This document shows, piece by piece, positions 31,856-46,881 of a stretch of DNA of 64,000 nt (position 1 is the first letter of the stretch; the number at the start of each line of letters is the position of its first letter). The notes beneath the pieces were generated by a model, which was not told where the DNA came from, did no database searches, and was given only the letters and a program-made list of their open reading frames with translations. Source of the stretch: Fimbriosthenelais zetlandica. Lineage: Eukaryota. The translations under genes were made by a program, and so were the position numbers. The DNA is taken from contig OZ365116.1 of assembly GCA_977030845.1 (NCBI GenBank), positions 17,794,001 to 17,858,000 on the forward strand. The letters run 5' to 3'.

Positions 31856-34800
31856 ATCACCTTGTAGTCTACCTCATTCCATTTCCGACCATCTACCAGC
31901 CCGATGATATACTTCTAGGCATATCTTTCCAATACGACTTGTTCGTTCTTTTTAGATTTAATTAGATTTCTTTTCATGTTTGACAATTAAATTAGCCTGA
32001 TTAAAATTCCAATGTGTCATTATAGAGATCAAAGCCTAAATATATCCCCGACAAGAGCCACCAATTAACATGAGGCCCTAGAAGGCACCGACTATGAATA
32101 TAGTCCCTCATCCTTTATTTCCCCTGAAACAATTCATCATTGAGCCATCCTGACTCCTTCGATCCCGGCCCTCCTGTCATGCAGCTGATCAACATCTCAG
32201 CTTTTACATTGCGGAGAACTGTTTAAAAACCTTCTAGTAATGAAGCCAACGGCTGCTACGGTTCTCAACGCTAACCCACCGCAACATGTGGTAATCGGAA
32301 AGCCAATACTGTTATTTGATGTGCTTCAAAGGAGCGCACAATAATGGTTGGCTGAGTGAGACTGGGTGAGCGATCAGAGCTCCACCAGCCCCGCCTCCCC
32401 CAGCACCAGGTGTGTGTGATTGACAGGTTAGGAGAAGCATTCTCTTCACCCTTATCTATACACCACTATCAAATATCGTGTTCTCCTTGTTTGGCAAAGC
32501 TAGAAACATCTTGTGTTTTGTAGAGATCTTTCTCTGTCAATGATATCATTGTCAGTGACGGTGAATGGCAGTTTAATGTCTGTGGGATTCTGACCATGTT
32601 CAGTTTCAACTAATCGTGACTTATGGATTTTATCCTGGTTACTGGTATGAGAGCGCAGGTGTCATTTGTACCTGGCGTAAAATCTAATGTTTCCTGAATC
32701 AATTAGCAATTTTTCGTTACTACTTGGGTTTGCTTTGCTCTCTGCCATTAATATTATGATTGTTGAGTTCTGAAACTAAATGCCTCGCTCAATTTTGCCC
32801 TCATATTTTGGGAGAAAAAATAAAGATAGCATCCTAAATACATCCTAAAATATTTGAAATCATTCCATGAAGCCATGAAATCAATGTAGCTTAACATGTA
32901 AATAATTATTATTAAGATATACTTATACATAGATTCAATATACACAGCTATATAGTCCGACATATTCCAAGCAGAACAAGCCAATGAACACACCCAGTTT
33001 ATCAAAACCGTGACGCTATCAGCCAGAGAGATAACAGAGGGACACTAATTCCTACCTGGGTACATGCTCCAGATCTGATCTATCAACACATTAAACCAGA
33101 TGCACAAACACTCCAAATACCCGGGACATCAATGACGTGCCCAATGCTCCCATATATTGCTGTACTCCTCTTTCACTCAAGTCAGTAGATAGCGGTACAA
33201 TGGGAAAGGCTCTCTACATGCTGTATAGGTGGAGGTCAGTTTGGCACTGTTGATACACAGTATTTCCCTGTTTGATTTCAAGCTAAGTCGCTGAATGTGG
33301 GGCATATATATGTACTAGTTCTTCAGGTCCGGAAGCGGGTGTGGAAAGAGGGCTAGGTAACAGGGTGAGAGTGTGATGTTTAAAGTCATTGTCAACAAAT
33401 GATCTGTTGATAGTAGTGTAGATAGATACCTGTCAGTACAGAGGGAGTCAATCCATGTCACCATGGAAGAATAGAGCACGGGTTGACATGAGGACTCGTG
33501 CTCTATGGCATTTAGGGTTTTTTGGGTGAGGCGAATTGGGTATAGAGCACCGAAAAAGGACTTGTAGTGTACTAAAGGGCTCTATAGGTTTACTGAATAG
33601 AATGCATAGGTAATATGCTAAAACATCTGCTATATCTCTATTTGCATATTGTCATTCCTCCATATATTCTTTCGTAATATTCTTTTCATATTATATATGA
33701 AATATAGGATCAAATTATAGTCTTTGTGAACCATCTATACATCTCAGCTGGTACTTACACATCAATGTACATAGGGTGATGAATATGTTTAGGTGGGACC
33801 TGTGTCACTACATAAGGAAAGCTTTTATCCTCATTGTATCTTACAATCGTGATCATAGCCCATTAAGATGTCAACCTACTCGACATCTTCATCGTCAGCT
33901 CTCGTCAACCAGTCGGCCTCACCTCTCCCCACCCCGACCTCTTACTTCTTGCTCCATGCCATTTCATACCATGTAATTTTGGTAAATTCCCCCAATAATT
34001 TTGGGGTCTAATTTTGCCCCCGTCTGAGGTTTGTTTCTAATGGTTTTTGTTACCCAAGGGGGAGAGGGTGAGTGGATGAGTGGTGGGTAGAGATGGGGAT
34101 TGTGGATGTTTAAGTTTGACAGGTCGTGCACGCCACATGAAGGTGAGAAGAGGGCGTCATGCCTGGGTAAAAGGACATGGCTGCAAGCATGGAATGACCA
34201 CATGTTCACAGGACACTAGTAAAACCACCTGGTAAGGCCACACGCAATGACCAGGGCCTAATACTGATAGGGTCAGCCTAGTGGTCATTGTGTCGCTGGT
34301 CAATTCAAGATTGAATATTTGTATGCATTTGATGTGCATGCATGCAGGCCAATCTCATGCGATGATGGGGCATATAGAAATATAGAGGCAAACTTCCAAA
34401 TGGTGCGTGGGTGCCTTGATTGGAGAGCTATTGTGAAACACTCATGTTGGACAATACCAGTTCTCCATCATTATGGACCCTGCCTTCATCCCCCGCCCCC
34501 TATTCATCCCCCCAACCGTTGCCTGATGGAGACTCATTTGCCAATCTTTCCCAACAAACCCCATGACATAGGGACATCACCCACCATCTCCCAACCTGCA
34601 CAAAATTGTTCCAACTAGCCCCCCTACCTGTAAGAGTGTCCCCCCAGGGCCCTTCTATATAGCTGCCTCCCTCGCTATACCAACTCCCATAGATACTGCA
34701 CGAATTAGTCTCTGGACAATCTTTTAAATTAGCAGGCGGTGGAGGCATTAGACGCTTGTGTGGTCTTGTCAGCCTATAGATCTGGCCACTTGTACCCTGG

Positions 34801-37800
34801 GGCATGTCTGTAACAATAAGAAGTCTCTCAGTTTTCTCCTTCCCTTTCATTGGCAGTGTGTAGTTACGTGCTGAGACCACTCGTGACGAGGCTTTAGTCA
34901 CTGTATCAATGATTAATGTGAGGTGGGATGGACAACCGTGTCTGAGCCACCTCGCAATCACCAACTCCCCATGTTCAGGCCTCATGCCTCATGAGTACAT
35001 GCGGTACGGAGAATTATCATGTCGGTGGGTGAAGTCCATGTCATGCTATCTCCAAATGACAGACCATGATGCGATATACGTCATCCCAACCCCACGCGAC
35101 GTACGTTAATGCGGCACTCTGTGTACGTCAGTGTGTATAAGTAGAGGTGTGAAAGCAGGCCTGGGGGTGGTGTGAGGGGTAGAGGGGGTAGATACTATCA
35201 CCTCACCATACAACCCCCCTCACCAACCTGACAACTTGCCTGCTTCTGATCCTTATCATACAGACCTCAAGTCACTGCTTGATTGTATCACTTTTCACCT
35301 GTAAAGCCTCCAAACAACTTTTTGGGACACTTTATCATTCGTTAAGTGGGGAATAAAAAATATTGAATGGAAAGGATTGCCAATATATACATGCCAATAT
35401 AAATGTCAGTACATATATTGTATTCGGTATTGAGAGCAAACGTCCATCAGAAATTCAGAAAGGTGATGAATTAAATATGGATTATAATTCCATACTGTGA
35501 CGTATTTGAGAGAATTGACCTGGCATGCATGTATATACAGAGCATTGCTTGCTAACTTAGCATTCATTATAGACCTACATAAAGGCTAGAGAGCCTGATT
35601 TAGTTAAAGCTGCAGTCGCTCCCTATGTCAGCTACAACCATCTGGTCACGATGCTGCGCCTATTTTGCTCTGCCCTGGCCGTTTTGGCCCCGGATGCGTT
35701 AAACTGCCAATTAATTGGTGGCTTTGACAAGATAATTAGCACAGAATCAACAAGAAGAATGAGAGTATTTGGAGTTTGCATGACCAGTGCAAGAATGGAG
35801 GCCAATTGCCCACACGACAGGCAGCGGGCCAGTTGCTCCAGAGGCTGAGCACAAACGGCAATGATGCTCCAAACAGCACTTCTCAAGGCAAGGGTCATGA
35901 TGATCATTGCACGGAACTTTTTACACAGGAATTGGCATTGAACTTCCTATAGGTTTTTGGCCGCGAACGTAAATATTTTCCGAAGACAATATAATTTTTT
36001 CTCTGGGTTGCAACACGTGGTTGACACACTCTGAAGTTACCATGACATAATGCTAGGATGACAAGTGATGATGCAGCAGGCCAATAATATACTACCTGTC
36101 TATCTACCACTAACAACCATGTCAAACGCCAGACACACACCTCTAATTCACCCTCCTTACTCCCCTCCTCCTACACCTCCCTCCTCTCCCATCTATGGGT
36201 GGTATAGTGCCTAGTGTCTACCTTTAAACACCAACTAAACAAGGGAGACATATGTTTGAAGGCATCGTAAAAGTCATGCCTATGATGGTTATGCTAGAAA
36301 AAAATGTCCGTAATCGCTGGGCAATCAGTATCATGAATATATCGAGTGACACACGTTGGACGAGGTAAACGGGGAGGTTTTGTTCTGGTGTTTTGCACTT
36401 TCCATAGCATCGCAACCAGTAGACTACACACATACAGGCAATTTCTGTCTGATCTTATCTGAGCAACGAAAACACTGTACTTAAAGGCTCCGTCTCTTGT
36501 CCATTTAGGTAATTTGATATGTTAATGACACCCAAACTATGGCGAAATTTCATCAATAATACAACGATTGAGCTTGGTGTTCTATTGAGAATCGTTGCTA
36601 TCCACATGTTGGGGTGGTTATGGACTGCAATTTGCGGAATTTACAGAGGTGGACATGAACGGGACTGAGGGAGCATAAATCTCACTTTTAAGTAGCTTTT
36701 ATTCGCTACACACTCGTTGATATAGTCCTTGCAGATGTGCACAGACAGCTATTCACAGCTGACAGTGAATGATATAAACTTTCTGTACATGGACGACTTC
36801 TGTGTATCAATCATTACAAACATAAAATACTCAACAATATATAAAGTCAACTTTGTCTCACCAATAGGTAAAAATGACAGTTATTTCTATAGAGTTTCAT
36901 GTATAGAAATATCGCAATAATTTCCCCCGGTAACTCTACAAGCTCTGGGGACAGAATTCTCTACACTTTCTAATATCTTTAAGCCAGTTGAAAGGCTGTT
37001 TGTCAAGTAAATTGAATAGACAACTTCAAAAGGTGTCCGGTCAATAAGGCCTCGTGTCTTGGGAAATTCAATATGCTTCCAAACCCTTAAAGTACACGCT
37101 GGGGAATTTCAAATAGTTTCCTGGTTACCGAGGCCAGCTTTCACCACGACTATGATGTCCTCACCATACTGATATTCCTTAGCAATGGTATATTCTCTAA
37201 AAAATATATTTCCAGGAATTATAAATCAATTAGCTCCTTATATAATCTCAATCATCTAATAAATCTAACTTACACATTACCTATAACCCTTTAGAGATAA
37301 GACAAGGCCATTCTCTGGGCATGTGTTAACTTATTATCTGGCCATTATCTTTGGAGGGGAAACATTCAACTTTTCAAGGGCACAACTTTCATGAAGGGCA
37401 AATAAACGAGGACCGTTGCAGACAATCGCGGCTGTGCGGTATGTCCATATGGCCCAAGTCAAATCAGTTTGCATTAGAACAAATGAATATGTGATGAGAG
37501 CCCTTGAAAAGCCCTTCAAATCTCGGTTCGGGTATCAACAGTATGTGTACTTTTTAACTGGACTGGGTCCTCACCAAATGAAGGCTTAGTATACATAGGC
37601 AGCCCAGGCTTGACATTGTGACCTTTGGTATAGGAGATAGGGTAATAGCCAGGCAGATGGGGTGCTAGAGGAGATGGCACACATTTAACAAATGTTGGCC
37701 AAGAGATTGGAAAATTTAAGCCATTGGAAAACAGTGTATCTTTAGGATTTAGATATGTAAAATACAAGTACATATGGCTTTCATGCGTGTGCCGTTCTGT

Positions 37801-40800
37801 TATCTTGCACGGGGTTGTCATTGAATGAGAACCAAGGGCCTCTTTTAGTGTTTAAACACGGCCATCTCAGGCGTTTCGGGGCAAATGAACAGAAAGTTGG
37901 CTTTACTTTTATGTTTACGTCTAAGACATAGGACATAGATGATACCAACACGATATGAAGCTCCTTTTTCTGTATTCTATCTTGCACGTTTTCAGTGATA
38001 AGAGCCCGAAATAGGGTCATTCAGCCTACGGCCTCTATAATACAATAACTCTGTTATACAGAGCAGAGTACATTAATTGATTACTGGAAACAGAAACGAG
38101 CAATTGATGAGCAATTGAGTATGGTAGGCTTCAGGTATATGTGCTCAGGACTGTGATCATGTTTGTCTTGTGTAACAGCTAGGCAAACAAACTTCTCAAC
38201 ATTACCACAAGTCTGTACAATATCATAATCATTAATTAATTCCGTAATGATCGCAACTATCATAATGATATAGTGACATTTCCCAATATACTTGGCAATT
38301 AGTTATGGAGTTGCATCATTATAAAATAATTATATATAAAAAGGGGCTATAAGGGGTGAAGTAGTGGGGTGGTATGGGTGGTATGGGTGGTCACCATACT
38401 TTTAGCGGGTGTTACAGGGTGGATGGAGCTACCAGGAGGTGGAGGCAGGCAGACAGGTGCCTGTCCACGTCTGATCCTGGTATCAGTCTATTAAATCAAC
38501 TTGATCAGGTGAAGGCTGGACAAACACTCCACAGATGCTCCCCACTCCCACTGGAGGAATAAACACACACAGGACGAGCATTTAATATCTAATCAATGTT
38601 TTGATTTCAACTGCTCAAAATGAACAAATTGAAGGTAAATGAAACTATTATACAATATAGTTGTGGAAATTTCAGCTCAAGTATTGCAGGGAAAGTTCAG
38701 CTTATTAGGCTAAATACATGTACATCTGTGACCTATACATGTTTGTAGCTTCATCAATTTGTGAATCATATTGTATAATATAAGGGGCTAACTTCAACCA
38801 CCAGTCCACACACCAGTTGTCATATATTATATTAATTTTCTGCTTTAGGTATCTTTAATAAAGAGCCTGTAGTCAGAGGTCAGCCATGCGTATCAATACT
38901 TGTATGTTTGCTAGTTGATGTAAGCTCGGAGAGGGTGCACATGGTGGTCGTCTCACCAGACCTGGTGCTAATCCAACTATTCAGTATCTAAATAATACAT
39001 ACAAGATAGGGATTTATCTTGATCTATATAGAAATTGTACATCACGATATCTAAGTAATTCTAACCCTTTCACTACAGGCAAATATAGTTTGCTACATTT
39101 TCTAATCCGCCAATTAAAAATCCCATGATCTATCCATTGGATAGAGGCCCTAAAGCCAGTGTCACCCTTGACAAACCCGACACACCTGTTGGCCGGGCCG
39201 GGACTCTTCACTATTGATTTACCCGCGTCAATATGGCCTGAAAAAGCTAAGCTCTCCAAGTCAATAAGTGCAATTGTTTAGCACAGAATAAAGCCAACTG
39301 TTGCCGACATGTGGTCTGGAGACTGCTTCAAGGAGGGTTTAGCAGGCTCGTTCATATAATTACACACTGCTCTCACAAACGTGTCCCCTACTTGTCATTT
39401 TAAAAAGATATAGTGTTATGTAATACAGCGTGAATTGCATATATGAAAACTAAACATATTTCTCACTTATTTCTCACCATAATCAACAGAACAATGTTGC
39501 AGTTAAAAGTAACTGTTTGCAGATGGATTTGACCGTTAGTAAGTAACCGGTGCCTGTGACAACCGTTCAATCTTGTACTACTTACAGGGTGCTCACCCCG
39601 ACCCACCACAACCATCACCTCTGCTGTAAGAAAGCTCACCACAATGAATCGCCCGTCTCTCACACACTGACGCGCGCAGGACGCCTATTGTCTGATTGGT
39701 AATAATCAGTCAAGCTGAAGAAAATTGTTTCAGCAACACCTGACAATGCGCCATTAAGACCACAGCCTGGCGGACTGCTTGCCGGTCTCACAGCTGTATA
39801 TGGGAGGTGTATGGAGGGGGAGATGGGGAGGCAGCATGGCGGCCTGCACCCCGGTAGATAGCGGACGGTAGGCTGGGTGGGGCGTGGTCCGCCTCTCCCA
39901 GGGCCCTGAACTGTTTTGTGCGCCACACCAGGGCAGTTCCCACGGCATCTTGTTGCCTGACAATGTTCACTGGAGCGCGGAAAGTCTTCAAGTACGAGAA
40001 GATCTAATGTCTAAGGGCCTTGATTCCACACCCGACTTTTTAAAGAAAAGGGCGGTGGGTACAAAGGGTTGAGGGTTTAATACACCAGGTCGGGTTTCAA
40101 TGTTTAGGGATAAGGAACACATGAAGTCAACAGTCATGGTGTTAGACATTAGACATGCGTGATTAGAGGGTGTGACAAAGTCCAATAAAGCTATATGATA
40201 ACATGCACTGAAAGGCCGTCTGTGGGGCATATTACTATAGAGTTCGTGCATTATAAAAACTCGTAAACATAATCGTCAGTGTTAAGTATTGTGTAATTCA
40301 GTGAATTATTATTGCTAAAACTCACACGATGGTGAATTATGATAAGACTGACCTCTGAACTATGTATAACCATGTATGTTAAACAGGAGAAAACATGTGT
40401 CAGCTTAAATTTGAAAAACCAGCCTGACAAAAATCTTACTTTTTGTATACTACTCATGGACCAAATGTCTATAATGCCTGACCCTTGGTATAAAGCACAT
40501 GACCCTGGTCAACATCCCCTTTCAGTGAGTCTGAAATACATGTATCTAAGGAGTTGGATATGGAAGATGAATTCATAATTACAGAAAACGAGTAGGTCTA
40601 AAAGAAGTACATGTAGTTATTGAGTGGAGACTTTTTCTGAGTACATTCCACGTGAACCAAACAAACATAAAATTGTATTAACTGTAAATGTGCTTACAAC
40701 AATGACCAAACAGAGACCAAAACATAATGACTTAAACATCGGTAATTAACTGAAAACTACTGTCACGTTCCTAAATAATAGCTCTTCAAATCCTATCACA

Positions 40801-43800
40801 TTGTTATCAAATTCTGTCAACACTGGCTTGAACCCATAGCCTAATTGCCTCAGTCCTAGCTAGGTATGAATTAATCAGAAATCGACTGAAATGAATGCCT
40901 TATTACAGGGCTATTATCTAATGATTCATTACACAAGATTCTGATTTAATCGCGATGATATCAGCTGAATTTTTGCGAAGGGCAGTGGGGGAATAACCTT
41001 TGCTGCTCGCTGGGGTGTGACGGTCTCATTCATTCGCGCCCATCCGATGCCTGGACACGCTTGGCTTGTGTCGCACAATCAGAGTCAAGGCTGGCAATCT
41101 TGTCAGCCAGCCAAAACCATGTTGTGCTTTGTAGAAGCCAACGACAATTTCGCGCCGTCATTTTTTATTCACGCCACTCATGAGGAACGCTACCCGCGGG
41201 TATATTTGATTTAATTAAAGAAATTAAAAGAAAGTTAAACAAATTGCCAACTTCGATAAAAATCGACTCTATACATATTATAGTCAATTCTTCAAATAAA
41301 ACATTTTGAATCCCAAACTTTCTCAAAACGTTGCTATGTAATTTAAATGGAGTTACGATTTTATTTTCCATGATCAAACAAACTTTCATAAGGTTCAAGT
41401 ACCGAGTGATCATGTGCACATGCGACATAATTAGAAAAAATGCACGTGCCTTCTATACGAAGGTAACAAACACGTTTTCAAAGCTAAATGCCCTTCACAG
41501 CCGAGAATGCTTCAGAAAGGGAAACATGGACGTCACTTATTTGTCGTTCAAGGCCAGAATCTATTGCCAATGTTTATTTGATCACACGTAGATTGCATAT
41601 TAACTACCGATTGATTGGATCGGGTTTACAGTCGGCCGACGTTCACCCGAGTATAGATTTTACCGAGTAAACGTTGCACGACTCCCCCTTGTTTGATCAA
41701 GCTCGAAGTGTCGCCTTCTGTACATGCGTGGAAAGCACCCGCGCATGCCCAATTGTCACCTCCCTAAACTAGAGCGACGCCGGACATCCGGTCTGACATA
41801 AGCTTGCATCCTGGCAACTAACACTTCCTCTCACCTTCAGTGACCTTGGATTTTAATCTAAATTTCCAAGGGTTTTCACTCTGATAGGGAAATGGCCAAG
41901 GGCTAACAAGGGGTATGGGGGCAAGTGGAGATGTAGAAACGCATTTCCAGTAAAGAATGGTCTTTCATTTACACATGTATCTCCTGTTTAGTTTCCCTGC
42001 AACATGTGTCGCATGAGAGCTAAGCCTGCATCACTTGAGCCGATCATATAAAACCTTTTGTTGTCTCATTGGGCGGAGTGGCGTTGGTTTAGTATCATTT
42101 TTTCCTATTTAACACACATTAGAGGTCAGGTCTTATTAAAGACACAGCGACCTTTGAATGTTAAAATTACAACACAGTAAATTTCTCATTTGGAGTTCCT
42201 TTTAAGCGCACACCTTGAGAGTTCCCATCGCCTGTTTCTCATTTGCCACCCCTTCCTCCCTCCCCTAGTAACATTTTGGTTGAGTATCAATCGTGTGAAC
42301 CCCTCATTTCAGGCTATGGGAGGGACTCAAATGGCTGTTTTCTCCGCCAACCTCTGACCTCCAGAAACTTGACAATAAGGGAGTAATATGCGGGCCTTCC
42401 CTAGTCTTAAAATATCTACCAATCAGATGCGTTATAAAGGGGAGATTAAGTTACAAGATCAAAGTTCTGAGTATGAAAGGGTACGGCGGAGACCCACCCC
42501 ACCCCTCCTGACTCGAGCAAATAGGGCGCGCGTCAGAAAGTATTGGCTGCAAATGGCATTGTGCTTCTGGAATTAGAGACTGCTGATCGTTCTTACGGCA
42601 GAAAGGTCATTAGAATTACATGGCTCAGATGAAGCCCATGGGCTGGGTAAAGTCCTGTAAAACATTGTACATTCTCATCTCGTATGGAACCATCAATGAA
42701 AATGTCATGCATATGAATGCAAATATGGATCAAATCTAGATCTAACTCCTCGATCATCTATGGATCTTCAATTTGTGTGTTCATTCTATACGGAATAACC
42801 ATCAGATGGATGTACATGACCAAGACTGTATCTTCAATTTAATAAAATACAAATAAAGTTGAAGGGAGCAGGTGAAACCATGACTAATTACAATGCTGAT
42901 TTCCACGTCCACTCCAGGAAGCTTTCCAAACGTGTAACAGATTTTTTAAGCAATCTTAAGTGGAGTGTGTAGAGAGGTAAAAGGAGGGGTTTTGTTAGTA
43001 ACTGATGGCGTGAAGTCAAACACTTTACCATGTTTACCACTCCATCTCCTTCACTCTTCACCCCCAGACCTCAATGTATCAAAAAACGGACTGAACGGAT
43101 CCCAGATACATTAACCACACTCTCCAGTAAACCACAATGTGGCCTTCCCTGTAAACACTCCATCACTCATTCCAAGTCAATGAAAGCTCAATAAGAGGTG
43201 AGGAAATAGCCGGGAGAACACAGAGTGGAGGTGGCATGATTGCTGGGTCGAGTGGCCTATCGCTTTCTTTCATGTGCCTCCGCGCCCCAGGTGCGCCTGG
43301 GAATTTCGGTTGAGAGTCAAGGCAGAGGAAGAAGGAAGCAAGGTCATGGGTGGGTTGTCACTATTATTCTACGTTAATGAATAGGAAGAAGGAGACTTAG
43401 ATAGATGCACTTGTGTAATCTAAACTTAATATACTTCATCTAACCATTGAACAAATTTCACCAATTTCTATAAGCATTACTCAATGCTTCAGGGCAATTC
43501 ACTTATGAAATGTGAATATTTCTGCATATATTCTGGTTACGACATTAGTGGGTCTAAGCATTTATTGCCATGAACATATAGGCACATAACAAAACCATTG
43601 GGAATTTTGATTAATGTGGGTTGTCAGCGTTAAATATTCATATAGAGAAAGGAATGATAAGTCAGCTTTGCTATAGGAGTCTTCCACATTGAACGTGTTA
43701 ACCCACATGATGAATGATGTTCCCTTTGCATGCAAGGCATTGATACTACGCGATATCATCGGTCGATTAATAGGCGACCATCCCCTGGTCCCATTCAACA

Positions 43801-46319
43801 CTTTTTCTACCAGTATAGATGGCTATCTATAGTATCAAGGGTGCTCAATGAGAATTGATGGTATATGAGATAAGGTAGGGTACTTGTTGTACATTACCAG
43901 GTTGGTTATAAGGCCTTGGTCGCCATGAGAGGTGATATGCTGCGTTTGATGCCAAAAAAATATATACGAACCACAACTTCCTTATTCTACAGGAAATGAT
44001 TGTTCCTGTAGGCACCTGGACGCATGGATATCCCCTTAACAAGGCGAACAAGTAGGGAGACATAGTTTTTTGGAATTTTCAAAGGTTTTAAGGAAACATT
44101 TTGGTAAAATTTAGCAAATATTTATGTATTTGTACTTCAATCGTGAAATCTGCAATGTTTTGAAGTAAATTTCCAGAAGCAAAAACATTTTCTTTCAACA
44201 AAGGGATCAAAAGATTTTTCCATCCAAGGGTTAGGATTTTCTTCGGGGAGAACAAACAACTGAAGGTTTTTGGATGGTTTAAATCCTTTGAATATTAATC
44301 CCTGGCTATTAATTATGCTCTCAATGATCATTCATATGTCAATCATGGGGCTGAAGCAAGGCCTTTTATATTCGAGCTTCTAGGAGCAAGTGCCCCCTCG
44401 AACTATATCAGAAGATAAGCTAGCTGATATACCCAACACAGAGAGCACCTGTTCGTGGATATTTCCAGGATAATATGCTTCCTACCTGGTATGTTGCCAA
44501 CAACTGGAGTTTTCACCTGTCTGTCATGGAGGGCGTGAGACCACGGTCGGTTGACTCCAGGGCTGGCTCGGCTTGTGAGTCTCCAATGAAGCACGTAGTT
44601 GACACGTTCTATTGGCCGCCACAGACATACGCCCCATCTCACAAACTCAAGAGGTGTTCCCAGCTCTGAAAAATTGACAACATAAACACTGTAGCACTTG
44701 CTAAACCTCCAGCTTTTGTTTAGGGGTTTGGAAGCAACTCAGAAGATTTCATACGAGATTTGTATCCCATCATCTAACCTTAAATGTTCTGCTCTCGTAC
44801 TCTATGAAAGTAATCAGTTATAATAGAATGAAAAAGATCAAAATTAAAGGTTTTTGGTAATCCGTAGAATGGATATAATGCAACAGGCCTAATACATCCT
44901 AATTTACATTATGAGAGAGTAGTATAGGAAAGTGAGACTGTTTCAGGTCTGACATTATACTGACCTTAATTTTATTGTTTAAATTTTGGCACAAATTCCC
45001 CGGGGATTACTAGCAACGATCACGTTACATCTCAGCATGAGGACATTTCTGCAATTAAGAATAAGACGTGAACAATATATTGTGAAGAAGTGTGCAGTCG
45101 GTTGGAGGCGGAAGCACGTGGTGCACCACTTGAGTGTGTATGGCGCACCTTTGAGGCTGGACTTGTCATTGTTTTAACTCATGTCCAGTCTGCGGGAGTC
45201 CAGGCTTGGAGTGGTGAGGAGGAGGGGTGAGGACATGGCCATCTCAAACCCTCACTACTGGACGCTAGCCAGTTATACTGAGAGTGAACACATGGGCCAC
45301 CCATTGACCATGTACTTCACTTATAAGTGCTCATTTCAAAACCAACCCCTTAGCGATCTTCGGACAGTTATCATAATTAATTTAATATTTAATATTGGTT
45401 AAAATAAATTCCATGAATCTATTCAAAAATATATAAATTCGGACCTGAAGTCATATAATTTGTTTATGTACGAGGCATTCGATGAAAAACGATAAATGTA
45501 TGTTCAGAAAAGCGCCCAGTTAAAGCTGCGTGGGCACATCTTGAACGTGCGCCGTTTTAATAAGTTTGAAGTGGGGCGAAGAATGAACGCTCGTGGTCAG
45601 CCTTTGGTCTTCCTGGCCATCGATACAAGTGCTTTTGTCATCAAAAACTGGGAAAAATTGAGAGCCCTCCTTCCCGGGTGGGGATTCAACTGATGAAGGT
45701 ACTTAGCCAAGTATCAGTCTTTTTGTCGGCGCTGCTTTACCATTGAAGCCATCCCCACGCGCGACAAATACAGATTAAGAAATAATTTCAAGTTGGAAGA
45801 GTATTAATAACAAAAGACTTCACACTGGTTGTGTTAATATACATCTATATGTCTGTGTCTCATAATGTGGTTCACTGAATCTACAGGAAAGGTGGCAATT
45901 AGCAGGCCGCTACTGCTCAAAGGGTGATCAAAGACATTTAAGAGTGATTGTTAATTTTCTAGTTTAAGGGGTAAGAGCAGGGATTCTGCCCCACGGCTAC
46001 AGAAGGGCTTCATTAGGGCCTATCTCTCTATAAGACAACTCATTGTAAATATTATAATGATCTGCCATTTGAAGTCCAAGAAAGGGACTTTACAGAGAAG
46101 AGAGAGAGGGAGGGGGCGGGGGATCCTCCCAGGGCAAATATTTTGTTCTCTTCCAAATCACTATGAATGTCTCTTTGAGACTGGATTTTGGTTGACAATG
46201 GGAGGAAGGGCCTCGCATATTAGGACCTATTATGAGTCGGGGGAAATCAGGGGTATTCCACTGTGAAGGAACACGGGCTAAATTAGCCTGGGCCTTCCTA
46301 ACGTCAGGGTAGAGAAAGA

Positions 46320-46881
46320 GGTGTGTGAGCGTGCCCCGCCCACTGCCGCATGTGCCCTGGGAGTGGTGGTGGGGGTGTGCTGTATTGTATGTGGAGGGAG
46401 CACCTGGTCTGAGGGCTCTATAGTGTATGGTGGTGGCGCTGGGTGGTGGTGGTGGCATGTAGGCAGAGAGAGAGAGGAGAAGAAGCAGTTGGATAGGCAG
46501 AGAGCAAGTACCACCAACTCCCCCACCGGTCTCATAAGAGGTGGCGGAGGGCGGGCTGACATGACAGAACCAGCCAGGCTGCCGTGTGATATACATGTGG
46601 CACCAGTAACCACCTCATCCCAGTACACCACAGAGAGCCACATCATTACAACATACATTAACTCAGGCACTGGAGGAAAATATCTAACATCAATTTCGTT
46701 GAGGAAAAATTACAGATATTCTGCAAGACATTAACAATTATCTTCGACGATTTTGTCATGAAGAATTCCAGTTAATTTCTCAGAAAATATTGGACAATTT
46801 CAGGGAGAAATATTTTCTGAAAGGTCTATCAGTGGACCTTGTATCATTGGGGTTTTTACACCTTGAATATTAGGGACCAAT
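46320..46881 (+). promoter_or_regulatory. Putative proximal promoter and 5' UTR of PRDM13
   Basis: GC-rich region with GC boxes (CCCCGCCC near 46335, GGGCGGG near 46548) directly upstream of the first in-frame ATG at 46882. TSS not determinable. Confidence 0.5.

Noticed and set aside
34851-34860. TGGCAGTGTG resembling the miR-34 5' end
   Set aside because: Only a 10-nt match and no precursor hairpin.
43288-43303. CAGGTG-N4-TGGGAA as a PTF1A-RBPJ site for PRDM13
   Set aside because: The E-box and TC-box are in the opposite order to the PTF1-J composite; no correctly arranged site was found by eye.
46090-46734. Overlapping 130-168 aa ORFs upstream of PRDM13
   Set aside because: Low-complexity GC/GT-rich promoter sequence open on both strands, with no recognisable domain.
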